Shown piece by piece: positions 1 to 15,100 of a stretch of DNA of 64,000 nt. Source of the DNA: Nymphaea colorata (lineage: Eukaryota); contig NC_045138.2 of the NCBI RefSeq assembly GCF_008831285.2, positions 32,798,001 to 32,862,000 of the forward strand, in the 5' to 3' direction. The notes beneath the pieces are model-generated. The model searched no databases, had not been told where the DNA came from, and was given only the letters and a program-made list of their open reading frames with translations. Positions within the stretch are counted from its first letter, which is position 1. Each line of letters starts with the position of its first letter. The position numbers were made by a program, and so were the translations under genes.

Positions 1-39
1 CACCGACTTAATGCCGTGTGCAGAGAGTCCCTTTAACCT

Positions 40-172
40 TTTAAATTTGATTAAAGCAGAAATATTATTTTTCAAATTTTTTTATATAGAACAAGTGAAA
101 TTTTTTAAAACTTACATATAAAATTTTTTAATTTTTTTTTTGAGGTAGGGGCAAGGCCCTACCTTGGCTCCG
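40..172. mobile_element. Partial copy of the same MITE family as 4102-4278
   Basis: aaatattatttttcaaattttttatatagaacaagtgaaattttttaaaacttacat matches 4164-4220. Confidence 0.5.
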
Positions 173-1337
173 TTCTTGTATTCAAAAAATTAATGCTCAA
201 AGTTGGTTCCATTGAGCTGCTACTGTCTTGACCAAGCACACCTTGCTTGATGCTTCTTCAATATTATCATAACTGAAGTTTAACACCATGGTGTAAATGA
301 AAGTAATTTATGGATTAGTCATGTTCAAATATTAGGATTGATCCAAAAACCCATCCGTTCATATCTTGTCTTTTTAATTCAAATAAGATCCAAGATTGGT
401 GATATTGATTCAAAGGTGGGCCAATAACAACTTGTCATGGTTCTGTATAACTATAGACAAACGATATGTAGAAGGATCTACATCATCTAAATATTGAATG
501 AGAGGAGGCAACGAGGCTGTGTTTCCCTTATTCATTTGTCACGTTCAATCTCATAATAGATTAATATTCCACATTGGATTCTTATTGCATCTAGAAAGGA
601 GAAGGTCCATGTCAAACATTGTTGGTAGAGAGCAGTAGGAACAATTTGACCTTCATTTTCCACAGGGTTCAATGAGATCTTGACACATTTTCTTTAATAA
701 TTTTCAGGATACATCTCCATATCAGTGCAAGAAATTGAGTCACCACTAGAAAGTTCATCTAGCATTTTCCTAATGGGCTAATTGGATTTTGGCACAGGAG
801 ATAATGCTTCCATTTTTCTCATTTAATATGATTTCAAGAAATAAATGCAATAACAGTGGTTCGTGTTCTTCTATAACTGGTAAACAATGATATGATAATT
901 GAGAACCTGACAAATCATTCTAGAAGCAAATTGATGAAAGCTTCTTGTACATAGAAGCAAATTGATAGAAGATCGTTCAATGGGTGTCGTACGTTTAGTG
1001 ACACAAAATTTTTTCGCGTTACTGAATGGTAAATTTCTTTCTTGAACCTCAATGCCATTGCCTGATGAATATCAGATCTACACAATCACGGATCTTAGAG
1101 ATCCACATAGAAAACACGCAAAAATTAAGCCATCAATTAATAATTTAGATCTCGAATCCAATATTCTGAGTTTTAGTATTTTTTTGAGGTTTGAATTCGG
1201 TTTGGGTCTGATGCCTGATCCAGCCTCTATCAGGTGCTAAATAGTAATTACGCGGAATATATAGAGGTGGTTCTCTGGTTAAGGACGTCAAATTTTCAAT
1301 ATGGCAACTTAATGTCGCGTTAAAAACGATAATTTAT

Positions 1338-1410
1338 CGCTACAAGAACATTAATTTTTCCCGGCGGCTGTAACCGTCGATAAAAGGCATGCCAGAGCCG
1401 TCGGGAAAAG
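1338..1410. mobile_element. Possible degenerate CACTA transposon terminus
   Basis: CGCTACAAGAA (one mismatch to CACTACAAGAA) followed by inverted subterminal pair TTTTCCCGGCGGC / GCCGTCGGGAAAA. Confidence 0.3.
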
Positions 1411-4101
1411 AATTGCCGTGTCACGTCAAAGCTAATAATCAAGACAAATGGTTGGAATTGCTTCTTTTAATTTATTAACTAAAAAGTGTTTGAATCCTTG
1501 AACTACTGTTCCTTTAGAAATAAAGTAAAAGAAAGAATGGGTTAAGGTTTGGATAGCACGCTATTTAACTATTTTGATTACTCCGAACTTTGGTTCTCTT
1601 GCTTTCTATGGTTGCGTATGAGTAACATCTAGGTACACCCTAGGACTCGAATCTATGGACCAAGAACTCCACTGAAAGAAAAAATATATATATCCGGGTC
1701 CACCAGATGGATTATTGAAGCATGGTCCTGGTCCAAGCATATTTAATTGGATCCAGATCCAAATTTCCTTGGTTCAAATCCAATCTCCTGGAACTTGGAA
1801 TCCACTCTGGTTGCTCTCCAACATAGTGCTTGAAGTCTGAATCAAACACAATTGATGTGTGATTGATGGAATAAGCCGTTCAACATAATCATGAAATTAT
1901 GCTGTCTTATGAACCAACTACTGAGTCTTCAAAGCAAATGTCCCCCTCACAGTCCCACTGCTGCTGCATTCTTGTGCATTAATGAATTTATGTCAGCATC
2001 TTCCATTAATACTTAAGACTGCTTGGTTACTAAGCAAATATTAGTCTATCTATCTTACAAGAGATTGGACAACGACAGCCTATAGTTTCATAAATATTTT
2101 GGTCTCGAATAATTGTGCTTTTCATGAAACGACACGGTTCAAGTATATTCTTAGCAAATGGACCCAATTACTGCATTTAAGGTGTTGGACTTGCCTAAAC
2201 TTGTTATTCAAAGAGTTCATAAATATTTCCGTGGACAGATTTAGTAAGCCTTTCTTTTCCTTCTCCAACAGCTATTGGTTGGAATAAATCAAACAACTCT
2301 TTCTATCTTTCACATATAAATGTCGCTTTTGAGCATCTAATAAGTAGAAAATTAGATGAAAGTAGTTTCTGAGTAGTAGGTTATATATATATATATATAT
2401 ATATACATATATATATTCCATTTAATGCCATTCTACTTATGCTTTACATGAGTCCACGTTGGTTTGTTCAGAGGCTAATGCAATCGGCATATTGACTGGA
2501 AAGTGAAAAAGCTGTTAGAAAGTGAAAAAAAACGCATGGCAGTTGAACCTGTAGAATGCCGTTCATTGCATGCAAAAACGACTCCCAACCCAAGTAAAAT
2601 AAAATACAGCAGAAGTGAAGGTCCGAAACTAGACCCGAACTGATGATTTAGATCCGAACCAGTTAGTAGACGTAAAATCAAAGTGGAATTGGATTGAGGC
2701 AGGTTGAAGCTAGTGAAGACCTTGACCCGGGTCCGACCCACTTGCATCGCTGGTTCAATGGGAGTCAAAGGCCTTAGCTATGGACTTGTAGTTAGAGACG
2801 CTGTTTACGTAGAAAGTTAAGTTAAGTTAAATATAGACAATAACTTTATTTGGCTCTTCATCAGCGTACTTAAAGGTGTTGAAATAGTACAATAGAAGGG
2901 TGGATCTCACTGTTGTCTCTTATTATATACATGTTTAACATGTAACCTCGAATCTTGGATAGAAAACAAGTCAAATATCAGGAGGGTTCTTGCCATATGA
3001 TCGGATGAAATTATTTTAATATATAATTGAAAAAAGTCAATTATATACAGTTAACCTTCTTAGTAGAGCTCCTTACACGCGTTTAAGTTGGGTTAAGATC
3101 TGGTTGGGGATCTCGTGAAAGCTTATGCAAATGTGTTACATTGCCGGTTCTTATACCACAATAACCTCTCCTAGAAACTTCCGTTCCAACCAACCTGAAA
3201 AGAGGCGCAAAATTACGACAATCAATCACTTTACAACCTCATTTACAAGTTCCTTAAGATTACTCACAACTTTTACTTTAGACACCCGACTAAACTTTTT
3301 GAGTATTACAATCTACTCCCTTGAAGCACACACATATGCAGGTGTAAGACCCTAAGTCCGAGCGTTGAACTGACTTAGATATCAAATGTCACAACCCTTT
3401 TAACTAAAATGGCTGATATAAATGATTATTGACATTTGCGTGATTAAAATTAATGCTTTAATCAACCTAAAGACTTTGAGATTTAAAGGATTACCTTCCA
3501 GACACAGTCTCTGACAGAAGCTTTGCTGGATCCCAAAATTCCAGATCTTCGCCGGATGCTACTCCACTAAACCATGGAAATCAAACGGGCTGTCTACTGA
3601 AGAAAATGATGTACGCCTGAACTGTCCTGATTTTTTTGCTCAATATTAATAAATAGTAATACCTTCATAGTTTTATGTGCAGTTTAATATTCTGAAAATC
3701 ATATTTACTGATTATCTTTTTCGATATTTTTCATAGATAATGTTACCAATCTATCAAAAGATCTTCTGTCGCCAAGACGACTACCGTATGCTCATTTTGG
3801 TCTTTGGTTTGCAGCTTTTCTTGTGAGGTCCAGATCACATTTGGAGTTTGGATTGAGAAACCCAAGTCTGTTTCCTTCTAGACAATTTATCTGCCAAGCT
3901 GAATGTGAACCGCTCACTGTATTGCTGTAACATGTGCATAAGGTCGTTAACTTTTAAAGTTTTTTGGGTCCATAAAAGCTAGATTGGGCCTTGACCCGTT
4001 TACTTTTTTGGATTGGAACAGAACATCTCCTAGACATTAATCTAGCATCCTGCTTGAATTTGGATATGGATCCATAATTGACATGATTACAAGAAAACAC
4101 C

Positions 4102-4278
4102 CAGAGCTAGAAATTTTTCATGGGGGAAGTTGAATTAAAGTTTCTAAATTTTGACTAATGCCGAAATATCATTTTTCAAAATTTTTATATAAAACAAGTG
4201 AATTTTTTTAAAATTTACATGTAATTTTTTATTTTTTTTAAGGTGAAGCCAGGGGCCATGCAAACTCTAGCTCTGCCC
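4102..4278. mobile_element. Short MITE-like dispersed repeat
   Basis: CAGAGCTAG ... CTAGCTCTG inverted ends; internal AT-rich sequence closely matches 40-172 of this window. Confidence 0.6.
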
Positions 4279-4784
4279 TTGAAAACAACAGTGAGTTTCC
4301 ACCAAATAAAAGGAGAGAAGAAAAAACATGCAACAGTTTTGAAAAAAAAAGTTAATATTTACCATATAAATTTCACCAAAATTCTCACTTGGCCCTCGTG
4401 AAAATTTAAATTTTTAGAAAAAAAATCATAACTCCGCCACTGCATGCACATGGGCAGGCATGCCTCTAGCTCATCAATGGTACTGTACTGAAACTTGTTT
4501 GTAGAACCTCAATCATCTCTGCCTATAAAAGTCCAGATGAGTACTGTATGATATGTTTATTGCATTGGAATCCAGGTTTGGATCTCGTTGGAATTCATTA
4601 AATGATCCAAAGAAAATTGCACATTCAACCACATATACAAATGTAAGGTGTACTAAGGATATAAGAAGCAATATATAAACCATACACGACTATGAAAGTG
4701 TAGAAAAAGCAATAATGCACGAAGAATATATTAAGAAAAATAAGGACACAACAAACAATGAGTAATGAGAGAACTCCATGTAGA

Positions 4785-4825
<41 letters not shown>

Positions 4826-6505
4826 TGGTCTCACGTCAAAAGTTATCTCATAAAAAACTGTATAAGTTCTTGGGATGGCTAGCTTTTCATAAAGTTTACA
4901 TAATTAAAAAGCTGAACCGCTTTATCACGTGAAAAAGCAGACGATTTTTTTCTTAGGTAAGAAAGTCCTTGGAGGTTTGCAAAGTGCAAACATGCATGTT
5001 TTTCGCAAAGCAAAATGTATACAATTGACGATATTAATTTATTTTCATGGGCGTAAAAATCCCTCTGAAATTTTATTATCAGTGAAAGAAGACACAATGT
5101 TCACTAGATTTTTTTTTTTTTTTTTGGGGTAGGGAATGATTTACAAGAGGCACCAACCGCATGTATTGTTGATGGACCAAGCTGTCGATTATGTGAATCT
5201 TCACAAAACGTTATATAATTAAACTAAAAAAAAAATCTAAAACATTTAAAAGTAATAAGAAAATAAACAGGTGCCTTTGTTATTAAATTAAGCCACTTTC
5301 CCTGCAAAGTATAATGGCGGAAACAAACGCTAACCTAAGATATTAATAACATGGACTTCATGTTCTCGTTAATTTCTTTACTTGCATCTCAGTTTGTCTT
5401 TGTTTCACAAAAAGAAGAAGTTAAATAAAACTGGTCACCCTGCTAATAAAGTACAAGAGTGCTTCTTTGTTTTCTTCCTTCTGTGTCTTCTTGGCTTAGA
5501 CGGTCGTATAAACAGGATGTGTATGCGTAACGCTCGGTTGATAAATATGCACAGTACTTGTCTCATTCACCACGCAAATCTGTCCTCATTTCTGTCTCTT
5601 TATGTACTGGCGTGGGCATTTCAGTCATTTAACATTTTCCAGGTTCCCGTGGTCGGCGTCACGTGTGGGGCCGGATCTCAGGGATCATGCTGCTGCTCCG
5701 CCTGTAACGGCTAGCAATATGACCGTTGAGCAAATACCCCCACATTTTTTAATTTTTTTTGGCGAATCCCGAATAATTTTTTTTTTTTCGTGGTTATCAT
5801 AATTAACGGGACGCCGCTACTCCCGTACCTGCCCTCCTCCATACCCAAATTGACGACCAAGTCCCTTCCCGGTAAATTATTTGCCCTTTTATTCCTTACC
5901 CTCCGGCCCGGTGTACCGGCTTCATCCAGGTCCGGTTCAAAAGAGATCTTGATCGACTGAGTTCCCGATCTACTTTTTCTTTTTCTTCTGCATTGGCTTC
6001 GACAACCCTAAACTTGGGCGCATTTACTCGTTCTGCCAAACGGAAACCTGGAACTTGTCATTTGGGAAAAATACAGGGCTGTTTATGTAAGCTTTCTTGG
6101 CACCAGGGAGTCGTCTGTAATTTGTCCTTAAATCCGGACGTGAAACGACTGATCAAATGGAGCGTACAGAGGTCGGGTGGCGTCCGTCACCCGTACTCAC
6201 ACTCCCTAGAGACCCACGTTACACCAGAGACCCGAACCCATCAAATCGCCCTTGTTCCAAATGGACGGCTGCGATGCGTCCTTCCCTCCCCAGGGTCCCC
6301 TGCGGGACCGCTCATCCTTTCGCTATATAAGCTCCTGTGTTCCGCCACTCGTCAGTGGCCGTGGTCTATAAGAGCTTGCCTTCCGCCATTTTTCTACCTC
6401 TCCTTCTCTGCTTCCTGCTTTCTGACCCTTACTTCGTCGGAGAATTCGCCGGCGGACGAGCGTGTCCCCTGCGTTTCGTGTGTTCCGGCATCCCAGACGG
6501 AAATA

Positions 6506-7977
6506 ATGGCAAGAGTCGGTCAGAGCTCGAGCGGCACGATTTTGGCGATAAAGATTTGCTTTGCTTCCCTCGGAGTTCTCTTCACCGGCGTTTTTCTGAA
6601 TATGAGCGTCCCTCTCGCTGTCGAGTTCGTCGTCTCGGAGGTGCCCCGGATGTGGAGCTCGCTTCGCGTCTGGCTGACGCCGCCGTACCTCTATATCGTG
6701 ATTAATGCTATTATTCTCACTATAGCTGCCTCCTCCAGCTTCCAGCACAAGGTGCGAGATGGCTCTGATGACGGAGGCGGTGGACTGAAGGCCGTGGAGG
6801 AACGGTCGACGGAGTTCGGCGTCCCGACGGAGCCGCCTTCGGAGGGGCTCGTAGTCATGCCGGCCTACGACGCGCCGGAGCTGAAGGCGGCGGCTGCTCC
6901 CGAGAGCAAGCCGGTCGCGCTGAGTGTGACCGCCGGCGACGAAGAGGAGGAGGAGGACTTCATAGCGAGGTCCGACTGGTCGCCGAAGAGGAGGCCGGGT
7001 GAGGAGATCGTCGCATCGACGGAAGAGGACTCCTGCGTGACAGAGGAGAGGCCGCCGGTGTCCGCAAGGTTCGGACACCGGAGGGGCGTGAGAGCCAGCC
7101 CCGAAGGTAATGAGTTTGAAACGTATTGGAATTTTCTCTGTCCGAGGTCTAGCCGAGTTGGTCTCTGCAAGATTCGCTTCTTCTGTTTTTACGTTGAGGA
7201 CTCGGGAGAGTCCCAAGCTTATTCCGGAAAGGAAATTCGATTCCTTTCAGATCCTTCCGAACCACCAAAGGGGTCTTGAGGAGCATATTCGGAAATTCCG
7301 ATCCTCGAATCATCGTTCCAACTGTTTGTTTGTAATCTCGAGTTGGACCGGACGATTCGTCGAGGTAAAAGAATGTGGCGTTGCTTATACGCCATTAATT
7401 TCAACCATTGTGAGGGAGGTGAAGTTTGGTTTTCTTCATGTTACCTCTGTTGGCACTTAAATTCGACCGGTTGGTTTTCTCTTGAAATGATTAAATCCCC
7501 TTACGGTCGGTAATAATCTCAGCATTCTGCTGCTCGTCACGTCATCTTTAAGCTGATCCGATTCATTTGCTTCCCTTTTCAGCCGGCAAGGCACTGGGAG
7601 TGGCGCGGTCCCGGCGCCACGAGACGCTGGAGAGCACCTGGAAGACGATTACGGACGGCCGTCCCATCCCTCTCGCCAGGCACCTGAAGAAGTCGGAGAC
7701 ATGGGAGACTCACGGCCGGCCAAGGCAGGACGCGGAAGCGGTAACCCCATTGAAGAAGTCGGACACGGTGAAGGAAGGGAGGGTAGCCGGATCGCCGTCG
7801 CCATCGCCGTCTCCGGGCTCAGGCAAGCAGGGTCTCCGAAAGGAACCTTCTCTGAGCCAGGACGATCTCAACAGACGTGTTGAGGCCTTCATCAAGAAGT
7901 TCAACGAGGAGATGAGGCTGCAACGTCAAGAGTCTCTGAAGCATTACACGGAGATGGTAAATCGTGGCAGCCGCTAG
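6506..7977 (+). CDS. DUF4408 + DUF761 (cotton-fibre-expressed-like) protein, 2 exons, ~331 aa
   Basis: Exon 1 6506-7106 (ATG in aataATGg; hydrophobic N-terminus and WLTPPYLYIVINAIILTIAASS, DUF4408-like), donor AAG|GTAATG at 7107; acceptor ttttcAG 7581-7582, exon 2 7583-7977 in matching phase 1 ending EPSLSQDDLNRRVEAFIKKFNEEMRLQRQES (DUF761-like). TATA-like CTATATAAG at 6323-6331. Confidence 0.88.
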
Positions 7978-8474
7978 GGCTTTTCTTTTCTCTTCTTTCC
8001 TCTTTTCCCTAGGGCGGTTTTTATTTGTGGGTATAGGGGAAATCGGCTATAGGAAAATGAAGTTTTTTTTTTTTTTTTTTTTTTTATCTGCTTGTTGTTT
8101 AGAGAACTGTAGATTATTCGTCTACGGTAATAGGTTTCAGCTCTTCTCTTCTCCCCCTTTTTTGTCTGCATAAAAGTTTGGAACGGAAGAATGTGTAAAG
8201 TCTGCTTGAATCAGTGAATGTGGTTTACTTTGAAAATGGTGGATTGACATTATTTAGTTACTGAATTGGCCTGTTAAAAGTTTGGATTCTTTTAGATGGC
8301 AGGTTGTTTAAGACGGAAATTTTATTTCCTTGGGATGGTGCTTATTTTAGCTGCTTTGATCAAGCAAATGAATTGTTTTCAGTTCCATCTGTCTTCTTGG
8401 GCCATTTACTTGCTTCATTCATTCTGGGGCTTTGGAAGCTGCGATTGGTGCGTTTTAGGTATGGGGACAGTTGG

Positions 8475-8549
8475 TGGTTCATTCCTGCGTAGTGAATGAA
8501 ACGTTTCACTATGGTTCATTCCTGCGTAGTGAATGAAACGTTTCACTAT
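8475..8549. repeat. 37-bp tandem duplication x2
   Basis: TGGTTCATTCCTGCGTAGTGAATGAAACGTTTCACTA twice; unit contains the palindrome TGAAACGTTTCA. Confidence 0.9.
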
Positions 8550-11500
8550 TATAAACTTGATATGTTTTGCGTTTCTCCTGCAAATTTAGTCGTCGCTCTT
8601 TCATCGGTTTCTGCATTAGTGGTGTCTGATCACGTGTTACTGAATAAACATCCTGACGCCATCCATCAGCTAAGAGAAGACCCCGGCCTAGAGAATATGC
8701 GTCTATCTGAGCTCCGTTTTAATCATAGGAGAGGGTCCAAAGATCCTTTGCTTGATGTTTTATTAAAATATTTCCGGAGTAAGATATGCTAAAATGTTTT
8801 CTGATATGAACTTTGTGGCTATTTTTTTATGTAAAACGGACAAACTCTCCTGTTTAGAAAAAAGTCAAAATCCGTGCTGCAACAGCGGTTCCGTGAGTTG
8901 TCACTAATGAAACCATAGAATGTGGGGCCCTCTGCAATTTAAACGGTCAAGTCGGTTTCACAAATATAATATGATAATTCTTTTTGGGGCATCTTTATCC
9001 TCTTGGCTGAATCGCCAATCAAGGCCTGTAAGTTGGCGAGAGTGCCCCATGGCCAGAGAAGAGAGAGGAAGATGGAACAGGATCATTCGCTTTACTGTAA
9101 ATAAATGCCCTTAAAGTGTGGGCTGGCTTTCGGCGGAAACGCGAGTCCCTTTCTTTCCCTTTCTCTGAGAGGCGACTCTTGTATTATGTAGTGGGTACGC
9201 CATCATCTTTATGGGTGTCATCGTTCATGCTGCTTTTTGCATCTCAGCCCATCATGTTCTTGTATTCCTTTGTTTGTCCAATCACGGAGTGAAAATTTTT
9301 GCTCCGTTTTCTGGGATATATGGTTAAGGGCGTCTTGTCATATTAGGAGATGACAAAATCGTATCGTGGGAGAGCTTTCCTGTACAATCAGATGCGCTCT
9401 GAGAAAGAAAATTAGTTTCAGGCTATGATGATGTTCCTTTAGTCCGTCAAAAAGTTGAGCCCATTATGTTCCATTTCATAACTGAAAATCTTGTTTCTGT
9501 TGAAGCAACGTGGTTATATTTCGTGTGTTAGCTAGTTTATCAGAAAGGCTATTCTTGGTTGCTACTTGAGCATAAAGCCGTAACCAGTAAATTGATCATG
9601 ACTATGAGAGCCGATGTCGAAGGGGTGCGGATGGCTCTTCAGGTGAGCAGGAAGTTAAACAACACATCACCCGGAAAACGCTCAAGGGCTCCTCATCATT
9701 TCCCCTACCTTCAATACGTTATGTTATGTTAGGAAGTGGGTAGAATACGGTATACTCTCATGATTGTACCTTTTACAATACTTACAAGAATTTCATGATT
9801 GTACCTTTTAAAATACAAGAGAGTAGTACTTACAAGAATCGAACATCGACATGCCTGTCTGTCCAAGAAGCTATGTTATGCTACTTGAGGTGGATGCAAT
9901 TGGCTCTGTTTACAGTAAACCTATCAAGAACTTCCCATAATATTTTCCCCCTTCTGAATGAAAACAAGCCTTTTTAGGACAGCCTAATTTTTATTGAAGT
10001 ACTAGTTTCTATGAAATCGTCTACCATGTTGGATTTTGTTAAGGTCGTTCCTCATGAACGATCCAACATGGTAGACCATTCATAGAATTATTCAAGAAGA
10101 AGCATTTTTCTTTAGACTGTAAGTCATTGTAGATTTATTACATTAATCTTGATTTATTATATCGGGGTTAACTTCTAAGTGCGGGCATGAAACTCCACAT
10201 ACTCGATGCTTGTGTGCATTGCAATGTACGTGTCACTTAAGTTACGAAAACTAATGCAATATTATAAACAATGTTCGAGACGTAAGCCAGCAACATTAGA
10301 GTAATCTTCAAAAATTAATCTGCCAGCATTAGTACATTATTTGAGACCTCCCTTGTACAGCATCTTAACAAATCCGACTCTATATGTTAAAACATTAAAA
10401 TTGTCATTAAGAATTGCCGAGTTTGCACCATTAAAAGAAGGCGGAAATTGGTGGATCTGGAGCCGTATGTCAGCTTATACTCTCGTATTTATGATCTATG
10501 ATAATAGATGCCATGTCATTTGTCAAATTAAGATGAGATGTAATTAGTACTGCAATTCAGAAAGAAATCAGATGGCAGCGAACGTGCACAACAGATCAAA
10601 ATCTGGAAGGCACGTGAACCGGGGGGCTTGGGAATCCCCAGAAATTTCTGAATTCAATTGCTATGGTAGGAAAAGGGAAATCAGTAACATAGTTTCTCCT
10701 CTGACAAGGCACAAGCGCGACAAGTGGCTGTGCCAACTCTTCCACTGGTTAGAACTGTAGTTACTCAGTAAGGGCGTTCAGAAGCTGGGTTGGATAATTT
10801 CCTTTAGGTTGTAAAGGCGATTTAAGATAATTAAATCATACGACCACAATTTGGTTTTAGATTCCGAAACTGATGCTTGCATATGAGTTCATACGAATTG
10901 CCACAAATCTAAAAATAAAATAAACAAAACATAAAGCTTAATTAATGAAAGTACATGTACTAGTAAACATATAAGAACACACAGATAAATGAAGCAGCTT
11001 CTGAATTTGACTTACAAGTCTAATCAAGCTAACTTTGAATAAACATAACCACTTCGTGCTAAATCTACTAAGTTGTAATTAACATGTTAAATCCAATTGA
11101 AATAAAAGCGGTATGGGCTGAACTTATTCAAGCCATGAGCTGCTTGTTCAATTCTTAGTCCTACCCGAATCATACCTTTGCGCCAGACCAGCATGAATTT
11201 AAAGACCCAGCCCAAGTAAGCATGTGGCCTAACAGGCAGTCCTTGGTGCTGATGGTCTGTCGATGGCCTGACCAACTTAGGTCCGACCCAGTCGATCACT
11301 CGTCTACAGGACAGCAAGCCAACCGGCTGTCTCACCCTAAATGAGAAGAACTTCGTGATGTCTTCGAAGCAAGGTGCAAACATGCATGCTTATTCTCTCT
11401 AGTAAATATTGTTGTATTTTGGAATGTCGCTATATTGAAACTTGAGAGATTTCTACGGAAAATCATTTTAAAACATGTTATAAACTTTTTTTGAGTTTTT

Positions 11501-12173
11501 ATAAACACTCGAATCACTGTTTTCGAATTTTCATCAATGTAGAAAGTAGGAAGCTCATATCTCAAGTTTTAATATAGCGACATTCCAATGCTGCTTCGGT
11601 TGTCAGTACATTCTTGCAAGCTTCCATGCTCTGATTCTTCACGCACAACGGCACAAGAAACACGGCATATCACAGGCTTCTGTTTCTAAGGCTAAGAACA
11701 GATTACGGGTTAGCTACAAAATTTCCATAAAGATGTCGGAAACATAATCTACAACTAAAAGCTAACATGTACTAGATCTCTCTTTGTCTTAAGGTTAGTT
11801 AAGGAAGGATTAGGAAAAAGTTGGCGCCTGAATAAATTACTCCTTGGCTTTAAAAAATTTCTATTCTACAACCAAGACCGGCAGCCACATGCTAATTTTA
11901 CAACAAAATTTCTCTATTCTCATCTTGAAATCTTACTACCCTATACAAGATGACTTAGCTGGTCTGCTGCATGTATATGTCCACCGCGCGCAGTTTTCCC
12001 CTGCATTCTGCTTGTCCGGCACAAATCTCACTGTTAGATGTGAAAGGGACAATAAGTTCCCAGAGAAGGAGAAAGATTTGAGTTCCAATCCTCTCCTCAG
12101 GAACACTTGCAGCTTCTATGCTGACAACCAAGAGAGAGCTGCACGACAGATCGAGATTGGCATGACAGTATAA

Positions 12174-15100
12174 TCATGCAGCAGTGGTCGCTGGCTTGGA
12201 GAACAGGGTTGCTCCAGGACTGCGTACTTCTCCCTGCAAGCCAAGCTCATGGGAATCACCATTAGTCTCTCCTATTTTTTCATCAACTAGGTCCACAGTA
12301 TTTGTGCCTGTTTGTTTTTCTTGAGCTCTGGACGAACACCCGATCCCCATCCACATAAAATCATGGAATGGCTTTGCCATGTCGACTGCGTCTGAACAAG
12401 GACATAAATCCTCTTCACGCTCAGGCTGACTGTTCAAATCTATTTTGGCCTTTCCTGCACCACCACCCTTCTCCTTGTAAGCCAAACAGGTTTGTAATCC
12501 TCCATTATCTGCTGCATTTCTTGACAAATCTGAACTCTGTTTGCTTGGATCATCATCTGGTTTCTCTGACGCCACTTCCTGCAAGCAAGTTATGACTTTA
12601 TCCTCGGTTTTTTCAGGTGAACTAGGGTGGTTCCTCTGAGCATTTTCTGCTTCCTTTTCTGACTGCCGCTTCTTCTTCCGCAACATGAGAGTTTGGAACC
12701 TTCTCTTCACCATCAGACAGACATTGCATGTGCAAGTAGGCTCATGCTTTGGACCCTGCCCACTTGGTGGCTGGATGCAAACTATGCATGTGCATCCTGG
12801 GCGATGACGGGGATGCCTTGTGGTGGGTGCATGTGTTGAGGGATGATGTGACTCATTTTCATCGAAAATGGCTAGGTCCGCGAGCTCATCAAGCTTGGTG
12901 AGACGCTCCCCGCTTTTGAGCTTTTTTGATACATGAGTTTCTTTATGTGCTGCACATGGCAGAGGCAAGCCAACTATAAGAACTAGGAAATGGAAATGCA
13001 ATTATTAATTAAGCACAAGCATACAAATGATGTGCCACATCTATCGAGAAAAACATTCAGCATTTTTAGCACTGCATTTTGCAGAAACATGTAAAGCAAA
13101 TAATGCTTGCTTGAGGATGATTTTTCTTCGTCCCCCCTACAAATGTTTCTTTGGACCTATTATTACCTATCTACAGAAAGGTGTCATAGGCTCATAGCAT
13201 ATTCGAAAATCTGAACAGATGAAGAGGAGGTCTATGTCATTCATTCTTGAAGAAAAAACTAAAAAGTAATTAAGCTGGTAAGGAGAAAATGCTACATACC
13301 AAACTTGGGATCTGGGTCTTGACCAGAGAAAATTCACATTTCCAGGAAAAAAGTTCCATGACTTTAGGAGCCTATGGGGGAGGCTTGATTTGACCACATT
13401 GAAGTTTGGACATTATAAAGTCCAGATAGATGGTTTCAAACATTAAGAATGCAATACGACAGCCAGATAAGGATTTAGAATCAATCAAGTAAAATGCATC
13501 AAGAAGTTCAGAGCTACCAATTACGGTCAAAGGTGGACTAGATTGCAAATGGATGAACTGACAGGCATACCAATCTTTGAAGGAAACCCCTGGAGTTGCT
13601 CTGTGGGAACCTCCTGTGCTGATGAACATGAAGACCTGAAAAAGGTCACTGTCACAACAAGATAATCCGGCATTGAAGATGGTATAGCATAGATGTTCTC
13701 ATTGCATCCTCAGGGTTTCACCTGGAATGCGTCACCCTTATCAGCATAGATATCAGCTTGCCTATGATTAACCATCAGACGACAGGCCGTACTACTGAAT
13801 CTTGCTCTATAAAACTAGTCAACAGAAGAAACCGATCGAGCTGATGTTCTCATGCAAGATGTGGCTTCTCTATCAGAAAGGAAACACTCATTGCAAGTAA
13901 TGAGGCACAACATTGCAGGCCCAAGATGAAAAGGAGACATGCCTTCACATTTTCACAGCTATCCCACACCTTGCATGACAATTTCTTTGTAGGGGCCAAC
14001 TTTTTGCTTCTAGTCTTCAAAGAGTTGGTCCACTTTCGAAATTTCCTGATATGATCCACAGTCTTTTGGTCTCTGATTACCATTTTGTAAAATTTTGCAT
14101 TTTATTCTACTACTTTTTCCTTTTGAAGGTGAAGAATATTCATTTACTTTCTTAGAAAAGAAACAGTTAACAGTGTTATTTGATTAATCATTAAATTTAG
14201 AAAAAATCGAGCCTGAACCAATGGGCTATTGACGGACTATGGAGAGGATAAGCATGAAATTTTCCAGTAAAGCAGAGACCATGCAGGAAAACTCAGAAAT
14301 GTGACACCCGTCTGGTAAAGATGCAAAAGATAGTAATTTAGTACCCATGAGGAAAGGTCAACAACTTTCCCTTTCACAAATAAGACAACTAGCTATGGAG
14401 TTGATTCAAACCAACAGTTCACCTTACTGGATCCCACACATTGTCTGAGCAGACCCATTTTGGAGGTAGATGAGCATCAACAGGCAGCTTACGCCACTTT
14501 GAACAGTCCTTGCACTGCACCCATTGTGTCTTTTCCCTAGTATGAATACAGAGACAAGCTTGATACACAAAATCAAACGTGGTACTAGGGATCAATATAG
14601 TATCAACAAATAACAATGGCAGTGAAAACAAGAACCAAAACAGATTACATTTTTTTAATTCTTTATTGACATCCCACAAGGAAATGATATGTTTATGTCA
14701 CATTGAAGCCCAAATCTTGATTTCCAAAAAACCAAACTTAATATTGCTAAAGTTATCATATCCAACCACACAGAGATTATATGCATATGCACAAGTAAAC
14801 ACAACACATATTTCAATTGCTGAAAAAATGCAGTTCTTTGTTATTTTACTTTTGATAAAATCATGCAACCTAGAATAGAATCAATTGAGAATCCTGGTCT
14901 TCGGTTTTGAATTTGGTTCCAATTGAGTTGTTCAAACTGCATGTCAGAGCTCACACTTAAATGGAAGTATACAATGATGCCCGGCCCAATGCCCACCCCT
15001 ACCTGTAATCACCTAGTTCAAGCATGGTCCAATGATCACGGGCACCAAGGTACTTGGGTAAACTTGATATAGCCTAGCCCATGCTATTCTTAGAACTCTT

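Noticed and set aside
200..1050. Coding-like texture, possible decayed gene or TE on the minus strand
   Set aside because: The frames I translated by hand had stops and no recognisable motif; needs BLASTx.
5993..6505. N-terminal 171 codons of the 428-aa ORF
   Set aside because: Starts at TTG and spans the TATA box and leader; family-like sequence begins at ATG 6506. The ORF tail after 7106 is intron read-through.
6323..7216. 297-aa antisense ORF
   Set aside because: Shadow of a GC-rich coding exon; no motifs.
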